Below, piece by piece: positions 56,614 through 64,000 of a stretch of DNA of 64,000 bases. Source of the stretch: an uncultured Acidimicrobiia bacterium (GTDB lineage Bacteria; Actinomycetota; Acidimicrobiia; Acidimicrobiales; Ilumatobacteraceae); assembly GCA_963776995.1 (NCBI GenBank), contig CAVZPA010000005.1:12765-76764 (forward strand), written 5' to 3'. The position numbers and the translations under genes were made by a program. Numbering within the stretch: the first letter of the stretch is position 1; the number at the start of each line of letters is the position of its first letter. The notes below the pieces were generated by a model, which was given only the letters and a program-made list of their open reading frames with translations, was not told where the DNA came from and did not search any database.

Positions 56614-57405
56614 TCACGGCCGTCGGGCGAGGACCTCGACGTGGGGCACGACGAACACGGCGTCGGGCTGCGCCGCCCAGTGGCGCCAGCCGGCGGCGAT
56701 GTCGGCCAGCTCGGCGTCGTCGGCCAAGCCGGCGGCGCGGGCCTGGGTGGCGTAGGAGGACTGTTCGACGCGATCGGCCCACAGCCCGCCCCACCAGGCC
56801 CGGTCACCGGGATCGGCGAACGTCCACGTCGAGCTGGCGACCGTGAGGTCGTCGAAACCGGCGGCGGCCACCCACGCCGGAAGGAAGCGCCCGGCGTCGG
56901 CCTCGGCGCCGTTGCGGGCGGTGAGCTCGTGGTACAGCGCCAGCCACCGATCGAGACGGGGCTCAGCCGGCGACCAGAAGAACCCGGCGTAGTCGCTGTC
57001 GCGGACGGCGAGCAGCCCGCCGGGTCGCAGCACCCGGCGCCACTCGACCAGCGCCGCCACCGGGTCGGTGAGGTGCTGCAGCACCTGGTGGGCGTGGACG
57101 ACGTCGAACGAGCCGTCGGGGAGCCCGAGGTCGTAGGCGTCGGCGACGGCGAACTCGACCCGCTCGTCGCCGGCCGCCCGAGCCTGGTCGATGACCTCGG
57201 CCGAGGCGTCCACCCCGAGCACTCGCCCGGGCGCCACCCGGCCGGCGAGGTCGATCGTGATCGTCCCCGGCCCGCACCCGACGTCGAGCAGGTCGAGCCC
57301 GGCGTGCAACGACCCGAGCAGGTAGCCGGCGGAGTTCTCCGCCGTGCGCCAGGTGTGGCTGCGCAGCACCGACTCGTGGTGGCCGTGGGTGTAGACGTCG
57401 CCCAT
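56614..57405 (-). CDS. Class I SAM-dependent methyltransferase
   Basis: ATG at 57405. LLDVGCGPGTITIDLA (motif I); 263 aa. Confidence 0.88.
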   Translation of the reverse strand: MGDVYTHGHHESVLRSHTWRTAENSAGYLLGSLHAGLDLLDVGCGPGTITIDLAGRVAPGRVLGVDASAEVIDQARAAGDERVEFAVADAYDLGLPDGSFDVVHAHQVLQHLTDPVAALVEWRRVLRPGGLLAVRDSDYAGFFWSPAEPRLDRWLALYHELTARNGAEADAGRFLPAWVAAAGFDDLTVASSTWTFADPGDRAWWGGLWADRVEQSSYATQARAAGLADDAELADIAAGWRHWAAQPDAVFVVPHVEVLARRP

Positions 57406-57430
57406 CCGCCGAGCCTCGCGCAGCCGGGCA

Positions 57431-57496
57431 GATGGAGTGTCTGCGGCGGGGCCTACCCTCCGCAAACCCTCCGTCAGCAGCAAACACTCGGATGAG
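57431..57496 (-). repeat. Hairpin repeat family 2, copy b (inverted relative to copy a)
   Basis: The reverse complement CTCATCCGAGTGTTTGCTGCTGACGGAGGGTTTGCGGAGGGTAGGCCCCGCCGCAGACACTCCATC shares its first 17 nt exactly with copy a, and the same overall layout. Confidence 0.85.
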
Positions 57497-57503
57497 CGGG
57501 CGG

Positions 57504-59321
57504 TCAGCGGCGGGTGAGGATGACGACCGAGCGCGGGCCGACGTCGTAGGACTGACCGACGGGGATGGCGTCGTCGTCGTCGACGATGTCGTCGGGCGGG
57601 AGCAGCGACGTGTCGACGACGCGCCGCCACCGGCCCGGTCGCTGGAGATGGAACTCCAAGGGCTCCCACCAGGCGTTGGCGATGACGTAGAGGTCGCCGA
57701 CGGACCAGGCGAGTGACCGCGAGTGCGGACCGAGATCGGCCTCGGCGACGGTGCCGAAGAACTGCACCGCGTCGCCCCACCACGCCGGCTGGGAGAGGAT
57801 CGGATGGCGTTCCCGCAGCGCCAGCAGCTTGCCCACGAACCGCTCGAGGTCGGCGAAGGAGGCGGCTCGCTCCCAGTCGAACCACGACGTCTCGTTGTCC
57901 TGGTTGTAGGCGTTGTTGTTGCCGCCCTGGGTGCGCCCGGCCTCGTCGCCCATGGCCACCATCGGCACTCCGTGGGCCATCGCCAGCAGGCACCAGGCGT
58001 TGCGCAGCTGGCGGTGACGCAGCTCGCGGACCTCGTCGGGCACGTCGAGGTCGCCCTCCCACCCGCAGTTCCACGACCGGTTCGACGCCGCTCCGTCGTG
58101 GTTGCCGTGGCCGTTGGCCTTGTTGTGCTTGCGGTCGTAGGCGAAGAGGTCGTAGAGCGTGAACCCGTCGTGGCAGGTCACGAAGTTGACGCTGTGCATC
58201 GGCGCGTCGAAGAGGTCGGGGCTGCCCTGCACGCGCTCGGCGAGCAGGGCGATCAGCCCTTCCTCGCCGCGCAGGAAGCCGCGGATGTCCTCCCGGAAGC
58301 GGTCGTTCCATTGCATCCAGCCGTGTCCGGGCCAGGCGTGTCCGAGCTGATGCGTACCGAGGGCGTCCCATGGTTCGGCGACCATCGCCACGCCACGCGA
58401 CGCGCACCACGCGTCGAGGCGGGCGATGAACGGGGCGTGACGCCCGAGCACCGGGGCGAGGTCGAACCGGAAGCCGTCGACCCCGAGGTCGGCGAGACGA
58501 TCGAGCGCCCACACGACCAGATCCTGGGCCGCCGGCGAGGCGGCGTCGATGTCATTGCCGCACCCGGTGGTCTCGATGTACGAGCCGTCATCGCGGAGCC
58601 GGTAGTAGGCGCCGTCGGACAGCCCGCGCAGGTTGTAGGTCGGTCCCGTGGGATCGACCTCGGTCGTGTGGTTGAACACGACGTCGAGCCACACCTCGAT
58701 GTCGTGATCGTGGGCGGCGGCGGTGAAGGCAGCCAGCTCGGCGGCGGCGTCATCGCCGGCTGCGTACTGGCGGTGGACGGCACCGAAGGCGAGCGGCATG
58801 TAGCCCCAGTAGCTGCCCTCCTGCGGATCGTTCTGATGGACCGGCAACAGCTCGATGACGGTGATCCCGAGGGCCGCCAAGCGCGGCAGTTGGGTTCCGA
58901 GTGCCGCGAACGTACCGGGCCGGGCGACCGAAGCCCGGCGGGTGAGGCCGCGGACATGGGCCTCGTACACGACGGGCGCCCGCGTCGAACGGCGCGGTGC
59001 CTGTGCCGGCCGCGGCGGGCGGGCGATCGCCAGGGGGCCGCGGCCGGCGTTGGCGACGCCGGGCAGGCGGGCCGCCTTGCGGTCGTGGCCAGGCGGGAAG
59101 CACACGTCCGTGGCCTGCGGATCGAGCAACACCTTCGAGGGGTCGAACCGCGGGCCGTCGCCGTCGGCGACGAGACCGTAGATCGTGCCGGCCGCGACCT
59201 CGCCGACCCAGTCATCACCCTCCCGCCGCAGCGGGGCCCGATCCAGCTCGACTCCGGCGCCGTCGAAGCGAACCAGCGTCAGGGCCGTCGCGAGGGGCGC
59301 GCGGACGCGAACGGGGATCAC
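57504..59321 (-). CDS. glgX: Glycogen debranching enzyme GlgX-type (GH13)
   Basis: GVDGFRFDLA, EPWD, FVTCHDGFTL and DVVFNHT are the GH13 conserved regions. GTG at 59321 overlaps the TetR stop (GTGA). Confidence 0.92.
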   Translation of the reverse strand: MIPVRVRAPLATALTLVRFDGAGVELDRAPLRREGDDWVGEVAAGTIYGLVADGDGPRFDPSKVLLDPQATDVCFPPGHDRKAARLPGVANAGRGPLAIARPPRPAQAPRRSTRAPVVYEAHVRGLTRRASVARPGTFAALGTQLPRLAALGITVIELLPVHQNDPQEGSYWGYMPLAFGAVHRQYAAGDDAAAELAAFTAAAHDHDIEVWLDVVFNHTTEVDPTGPTYNLRGLSDGAYYRLRDDGSYIETTGCGNDIDAASPAAQDLVVWALDRLADLGVDGFRFDLAPVLGRHAPFIARLDAWCASRGVAMVAEPWDALGTHQLGHAWPGHGWMQWNDRFREDIRGFLRGEEGLIALLAERVQGSPDLFDAPMHSVNFVTCHDGFTLYDLFAYDRKHNKANGHGNHDGAASNRSWNCGWEGDLDVPDEVRELRHRQLRNAWCLLAMAHGVPMVAMGDEAGRTQGGNNNAYNQDNETSWFDWERAASFADLERFVGKLLALRERHPILSQPAWWGDAVQFFGTVAEADLGPHSRSLAWSVGDLYVIANAWWEPLEFHLQRPGRWRRVVDTSLLPPDDIVDDDDAIPVGQSYDVGPRSVVILTRR

Positions 59322-59971
59322 GGTGGCGCCGCGAGCCCGCGGAGCAGCGCGTCCACGGCGAGCGGGGCGATGGCGTCCCAGTCGAACGGTGGGCCCTGGT
59401 CGCTCCCCGTCGACAGCTCGAGCGAGGCGAGCCCGTGCTGGCACGCCCAGAGCGCCGCCGCCACCGTCATCGGGTCGCCGCCGCGCAGCCTCCCGGCAGC
59501 CATCGCCCGCTGGACGCGAGCGGCGACCTGGCCGAGGGCCGCGAGAGCCACCTCCTTCGCCGCGTCGGAGGGCTCGAAGTCGGGCACGACGCGGGCGAAC
59601 ATCAGCGCGTAGTAGGTCGGGTTGTCGCGGGCGAACTGCCGGTAGCAGGCGCCGCACTGGCGCAGGTCCTCCATCGTGTCGTCGCTGCTCGGTGCGTCCT
59701 CCATGTGCGCAGCCAGGCGTCGGAAGCCGTCGATGAACAGCTCGTCGAGGACGCCGTCCTTACCGCCGAAGCGGGAGTAGACGTTCATCGTGCTCATTCC
59801 GGCGGCGGCAGCGATGCGGCGGACGGTGAGGGCGCCGGCGCCTTCCCCGGCGAGGAGGTCGTGGGCCGCGGCGAGCAGGGCCTGGCGGGTGTCGTCGCCC
59901 CTGGACGCCGCCGGTGGGCGGACGGTGGTCGCGCCGTAACGCTGGTTCGCTCGCCCTTCGTGCTCGCTCAT
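59318..59971 (-). CDS. TetR family transcriptional regulator
   Basis: HTH LTVRRIAAAAGMSTMNVYSRFGGKDGV. Divergent from the MFS gene and co-directional with glgX. Confidence 0.9.
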   Translation of the reverse strand: MSEHEGRANQRYGATTVRPPAASRGDDTRQALLAAAHDLLAGEGAGALTVRRIAAAAGMSTMNVYSRFGGKDGVLDELFIDGFRRLAAHMEDAPSSDDTMEDLRQCGACYRQFARDNPTYYALMFARVVPDFEPSDAAKEVALAALGQVAARVQRAMAAGRLRGGDPMTVAAALWACQHGLASLELSTGSDQGPPFDWDAIAPLAVDALLRGLAAPP

Positions 59972-60083
59972 GCGTCGGTCACCGTACCGAACGGATTGCC
60001 GTGTCCGGTGTCATGTGGCAGCAGTCTAACACATTGTGATAACGATGTGATTGCACTGTTCCACCGTTCCCGGAGGTCCCTTC
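59972..60083. promoter_or_regulatory. Divergent TetR/MFS promoter region with an AT-rich core and two TGTGAT direct repeats (60035-60040, 60046-60051)
   Basis: Read directly. This is the only low-GC stretch locally, and it is a typical position for a TetR operator. Confidence 0.4.
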
Positions 60084-61691
60084 ATGCTCGAGACATCCTC
60101 GACCCTCACCCCGACCGGCCAGCGCGGTCACCGGCGCTGGCTGGTGCTCCTCGTCCTCTGCGCCTCCGTGTTCGTCATCGTTCTCGACGGGACGATCATC
60201 AACGTTGCCCTCCCCACGCTGGCCACCGAGCTCGGTGCGTCGACGAGCGAGCTGCAGTGGATCGTCGATGCCTACGTCCTCGTCTTCGCCGGCCTCTTGA
60301 TGGCCGCGGGCAGCCTCGGCGACCGCTTCGGGCGCAAGGGCGTGATGCAGATCGGCCTGGTGCTGTTCGCCGTCTTCTCTGCGCTCGCCGCGTTGTCCGA
60401 CAGCCCCGGCGAACTGATCGGCTGGCGAGCGGCGATGGGCGTCGGTGCAGCCCTGATGTTCCCCGCCACGCTGGCGATCCTCGTCAACGTGTTCACGGCG
60501 CCCAAGGAACGGGCGGCGGCGATCGCCGTGTGGGCGGCCACGGCCGGCGTCGCCGTGGCCCTCGGCCCGGTGACAGGCGGCTTCCTACTCGAGCACTTCT
60601 GGTGGGGCTCGGTGCTGATGATCAACGTGCCGGTGATCGCCGTGGCCCTCGTCGCCATCGCGCTCGTCGTGCCGACCTCCCGCGACACGACGATCAAGCG
60701 CTTCGATCCGGTCGGCACCGTGGCCTCGATCGCCGGTGTCAGCACACTCGTCTGGGCCGTGATCGAGGGCCCGCAACACGGCTGGACATCGACCACGAGC
60801 ATCGTGGCCTTCGGCCTGGCGGCGCTGCTGCTGATCGGGTTCGTCGCCTGGGAGCGTCGCATCGACCACCCGATGTTGGACGTCTCGGTGTTCGCCGACA
60901 TGCGCTTCACCGCCGGCAGCGTCTCCGTCACGTTCGCCTTCTTCGCCCTCTTCGGCTTCGTCTTCGTGGTGACCCAGTACTTCCAGTTCGTGCGCGGCTA
61001 CGGCACGCTGGAGGCCGGTCTGCGCACGGTGCCCTTCGCCGTGTTCACCGCCTCCACCGCACCGATCGCCGCCAAGCTCGCCGAGCGCGTCGGCACCAAG
61101 GTTGTCGTCACGGGCGGCCTGGTGTCCATGGCGGTCGGCTTCGCCGTAGCGATCGTGACCGGCGTCGACACGTCGTACTGGGTCGTCGTCGTGGCGATGT
61201 TCTTCCTCGGCTCCGGACTCGGCCTCGTCCAGGCGCCGGCGACGGAGGCGATCATGGGGTCGCTGCCGCCGGCGAAGGCAGGCGTCGGCTCGGCGGTCAA
61301 CGACACCGCCCGCGAGCTCGGGGGCACGCTGGGGGTGGCCATCGTCGGCAGCGTCTTCTCGTCGATCTACGCCTCCCGCCTCGGCGACGCCCTCGCCGGG
61401 ACGCCGGTGCCGGTTGACGCCATCGCCATCGCCCAGGACTCGGTGGGCGCGGCGAACACCGTCGCCGAGCAGGCTGGCGCCGCCGGCGGGCCCCCGGCCC
61501 AGGAGCTCGTCAGCGGCGCCGTCAACGACGCCTTCGTCGACGGCTGGCACGCCGGCTCGTGGGTGGCGCTCGGGGTCGTCCTCGTCGGGGCCCTCGTCGC
61601 CTGGCGCTTCCTGCCGGCCAGGGCGACGACGCCGTCGCTCGACGATGTCGAACGGGATGTCGAACGCGAGCTCGTCGCCGTCGCCGACTGA
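60084..61691 (+). CDS. MFS transporter, DHA2 (EmrB/QacA, 14-TM) family
   Basis: VLDGTIINVALPT..., LGDRFGRKG, and about 14 hydrophobic segments. Confidence 0.9.
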   Translation: MLETSSTLTPTGQRGHRRWLVLLVLCASVFVIVLDGTIINVALPTLATELGASTSELQWIVDAYVLVFAGLLMAAGSLGDRFGRKGVMQIGLVLFAVFSALAALSDSPGELIGWRAAMGVGAALMFPATLAILVNVFTAPKERAAAIAVWAATAGVAVALGPVTGGFLLEHFWWGSVLMINVPVIAVALVAIALVVPTSRDTTIKRFDPVGTVASIAGVSTLVWAVIEGPQHGWTSTTSIVAFGLAALLLIGFVAWERRIDHPMLDVSVFADMRFTAGSVSVTFAFFALFGFVFVVTQYFQFVRGYGTLEAGLRTVPFAVFTASTAPIAAKLAERVGTKVVVTGGLVSMAVGFAVAIVTGVDTSYWVVVVAMFFLGSGLGLVQAPATEAIMGSLPPAKAGVGSAVNDTARELGGTLGVAIVGSVFSSIYASRLGDALAGTPVPVDAIAIAQDSVGAANTVAEQAGAAGGPPAQELVSGAVNDAFVDGWHAGSWVALGVVLVGALVAWRFLPARATTPSLDDVERDVERELVAVAD

Positions 61692-61752
61692 TCGCCGGCC
61701 TCACCACGTCGGCCTGCGGTGACACCGACGCCCACCAGTACCATCGACCAGC

Positions 61753-62688
61753 GTGACCGCGACTGCGCCCGCCTGGTCGGCTCCGTCCGACGTCGGCGAG
61801 GTCGCCGGCGCCCTCACCGCCCACGGCTACCTCCCCGATGACGGACTGGCCACAGCGGTGTTCCTGGCCATCTCCCTGCGCCGGCCGCTGCTCCTCGAGG
61901 GCGAGGCCGGCGTCGGCAAGACGGAGGTGGCCAAGGTCCTCGCCGCGTGGACCGGCGGCGAGCTGATCCGCCTGCAGTGTTACGAGGGCATCGACGCCGC
62001 CCAGGCCGTCTACGACTGGGACTACGGCCGCCAGCTGCTCCACCTGCGCGCCGCCGAGGCCAGCGGTGAGTCGGCGGGGCGGTCGACCGATGCCCTGGAG
62101 GCCGAGCTGTACCAGGAGCGCTTCCTCGTCAAGCGGGCGCTGCTGCAGGCGATCGAGCCCCGCGAAGGTCCGCCGCCGGTGCTGCTCGTCGACGAGATCG
62201 ACCGCGCCGATGACGAGTTCGAGGCCTACCTCTTGGAGGTCCTCTCGGACTGGCAGATCACCGTGCCCGAGCTCGGCCTGTTCCGCGCCGAGCATCCGCC
62301 GCTGGTCGTGCTGACGAGCAACCGCACCCGCGACGTCCACGACGCCCTCAAACGGCGCTGCCTGTACCACTGGGTCGAGCACCCGGACTTCGAGCGAGAG
62401 GTGGCGATCGTCCGCCTGCGCGTGCCGGAAGCCGGCGAGAACCTGGCGCGCCAGGTCGCTGCCGCCGTCGCCGCGATGCGCGACCTCTCCCTGTACAAGC
62501 CCCCCGGCGTCGCCGAGACCATCGACTGGGCCGCGGCCCTCGGCCGGCTCGGTGTCAGCGAGCTCGACGAACGCGCCGTCGCCACGTCGCTCGGCACGGT
62601 GTTGAAGTACCGCGAGGACCACGAGCGCGTCGAGCAGCACGGCTTCGCCGACATCGTCAAGCTGGCGCTGTCCCGCACCGGGCGCTGA
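61753..62688 (+). CDS. MoxR-type AAA+ ATPase (CoxD-like)
   Basis: Walker A GEAGVGKTEVAK and Walker B VLLVDEIDRA. Confidence 0.92.
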   Translation: MTATAPAWSAPSDVGEVAGALTAHGYLPDDGLATAVFLAISLRRPLLLEGEAGVGKTEVAKVLAAWTGGELIRLQCYEGIDAAQAVYDWDYGRQLLHLRAAEASGESAGRSTDALEAELYQERFLVKRALLQAIEPREGPPPVLLVDEIDRADDEFEAYLLEVLSDWQITVPELGLFRAEHPPLVVLTSNRTRDVHDALKRRCLYHWVEHPDFEREVAIVRLRVPEAGENLARQVAAAVAAMRDLSLYKPPGVAETIDWAAALGRLGVSELDERAVATSLGTVLKYREDHERVEQHGFADIVKLALSRTGR

Positions 62689-62689
62689 C

Positions 62690-63824
62690 GTGACGGTCGA
62701 CGCGGCCCCGAGGACGACCGTCACGGAGATGGCGGTGGCGTTCGCCCGCGTGCTGCGCGGCGCCGGGCTGGCCGTGCCGACGAGCACGGTGCTGGCCTTC
62801 GCCGAGGCGCTCGGCGTCGTCGGTGTCGAGGCGCGCGACGACGTCTACTGGGCCGGCCGCTCGACCCTGGTGCGCAACCCGGAAGACGTCGGGCTGTTCG
62901 ACCGGGCGTTCCGGGTGTTCTGGGAGCACGCCGAGCCGGCGGGCGCGGTGGGCGAGGAGCCGGAGCCGGAGGCGATCACCCTGGCCGTCGACAGCGACGA
63001 CGATGGCGACAGCCCGGAGGGAGCCGAGCCGAGCGACGAGCCGACGATCGAGCTGCGCTTCAGCATCGCCGAGGTCCTGCGGCACAAGGACTTCGCCGCC
63101 TACGACGACGCCGAGCTGGCCGAGGCCCACCGCGTCATGCACCGGATGCGGCTCACGGGTTCGCCGCGGCGCTCGTTGCGGCTGGCGCCGACGACGCGGC
63201 GCACCAACCGCCCGGATCTGCGCCGCACCGTGCGCGCCGCGCTGCGCACCGAGGGCGAGGCGCTGCGCCGGCACTACCGGGCGCCGGCCACGCGGCACCG
63301 GCGGCTCGTGCTGCTGCTCGACGTCAGCGGCTCGATGGAGCCGTACGCCAGGGCGCTGCTGCGCTTCGTGCAGGCGGCGGTGGCCGGGCGGCGGCGGGTC
63401 GAGGCGTTCGCCCTCGGCACCCGATTGACGCGCATCACCCGCGAGCTCGGGTCGCGCGATCCCGACATCGCCCTGCGCCAAGCCGCCGGCCGCGTCAACG
63501 ACTGGTCGGGTGGCACCCGGCTCGGCGAGGGCTTGCGCCGGTTCAACGACGACTGGGGAGTGCGCGGCATGGCCCGCGGCGCCGTCGTCGTCATCCTCTC
63601 CGACGGCTGGGACCGCGGCGATCCCGACGAGCTCGCCGAACAGATGCAGCGACTGTCGCCGCGTCGCCCACCGCATCGTGTGGGTCAACCCGCTGAAGGT
63701 GACGCCCGGCTACGCGCCGCTGGCCAGGGGCATGGCCGCCGCGCTGCCATATGTCGACCGCTTCGTCGAGGGCCACTCGCTGGAGGCGATGGAGCGCCTG
63801 GCGGAGGTGCTCGACGAGGGATGA
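62690..63824 (+). pseudogene. VWA domain protein (CoxE-like); frame broken near 63652-63664
   Basis: MIDAS LVLLLDVSGSM. ORF 62690-63865 becomes junk after ELAEQMQRLS. The family-typical C-terminus (RVAHRIVWVNPLKVTPGYAPLARGMAAALPYVDRFVEGHSLEAMERLAEVL) is in ORF 63510-63824. Confidence 0.8.
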
Positions 63825-63857
63825 GGTCACAAACAGACGACGAACAGGAGGACAGCG

Positions 63858-64000
63858 ATGCGTGAGATCCTCGACGACCTGGACCGCTGGCGGTCGGCCG
63901 GGGCCAGGGCGGCCCTCGCCCGAGTCGTCGACGTCGAGGGCTCCGGCCCCCGCGGTCCCGGCGCAGCGATGGCGGTGAACGAGCGCGGCGAGGTCGCCGG
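63858..64000 (+). CDS. XdhC/CoxF-like accessory protein, N-terminal fragment (continues off the window)
   Basis: AGGAGGA RBS. MREILDDLDRWRSAGARAALARVVDVEGSGPRGPGAAMAV is the typical XdhC_CoxI N-terminus. Confidence 0.8.
   Translation, partial: MREILDDLDRWRSAGARAALARVVDVEGSGPRGPGAAMAVNERGEVA

Overview
High-GC, actinobacterial-type chromosomal segment, densely coding, with about 60 protein genes, one tRNA and several repeat or hairpin families. Most of it is core housekeeping. One long minus-strand block runs rsmI, metG, tatD, an RlpA-like gene, rsmA, ispE, tRNA-Gln, glmU, prs, rplY, pth and nei. Further left on the same strand sit mfd, a parvulin PPIase, a YabN-type MazG fusion, eno and ftsB. 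A small plus-strand bS22 gene lies between ispE and tRNA-Gln. Other content: a Fe3+-type ABC uptake operon, an orphan class I HMG-CoA reductase, and bfd-bfr. There is also a form-II CoxL-type molybdenum hydroxylase set split into three blocks (L; S+M; MoxR/VWA/XdhC). Further genes include glgX behind a TetR gene, two MFS transporters, several SDR/DinB/LLM-type enzymes, and stand-alone DNA-repair genes (LigD polymerase domain, Nei, an AlkZ/YcaQ-type glycosylase). I saw no transposase, integrase, phage, CRISPR or recognisable defence genes, and I cannot claim a clear new multi-gene system. The best candidates for a second look are listed here. (1) A fused adenylation-carrier-membrane acyltransferase (A-PCP-AT3) gene beside the iron-uptake operon. 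(2) A pair of 65-bp inverted repeats bracketing a three-gene cassette (LLM oxidoreductase, DUF429, AlkZ-like glycosylase), preceded by a 483-bp structured gene-free region. (3) Two families of long palindromic intergenic elements, one showing compensatory stem changes. (4) Seven genes each broken by what looks like a single extra base. (5) A GlmU that ends about 100 residues early. (6) A kinase-like/methyltransferase plus LtaS-like envelope module inserted between the cox-like genes. All homology calls come from reading the translations and recalling family motifs, since no searches were run.
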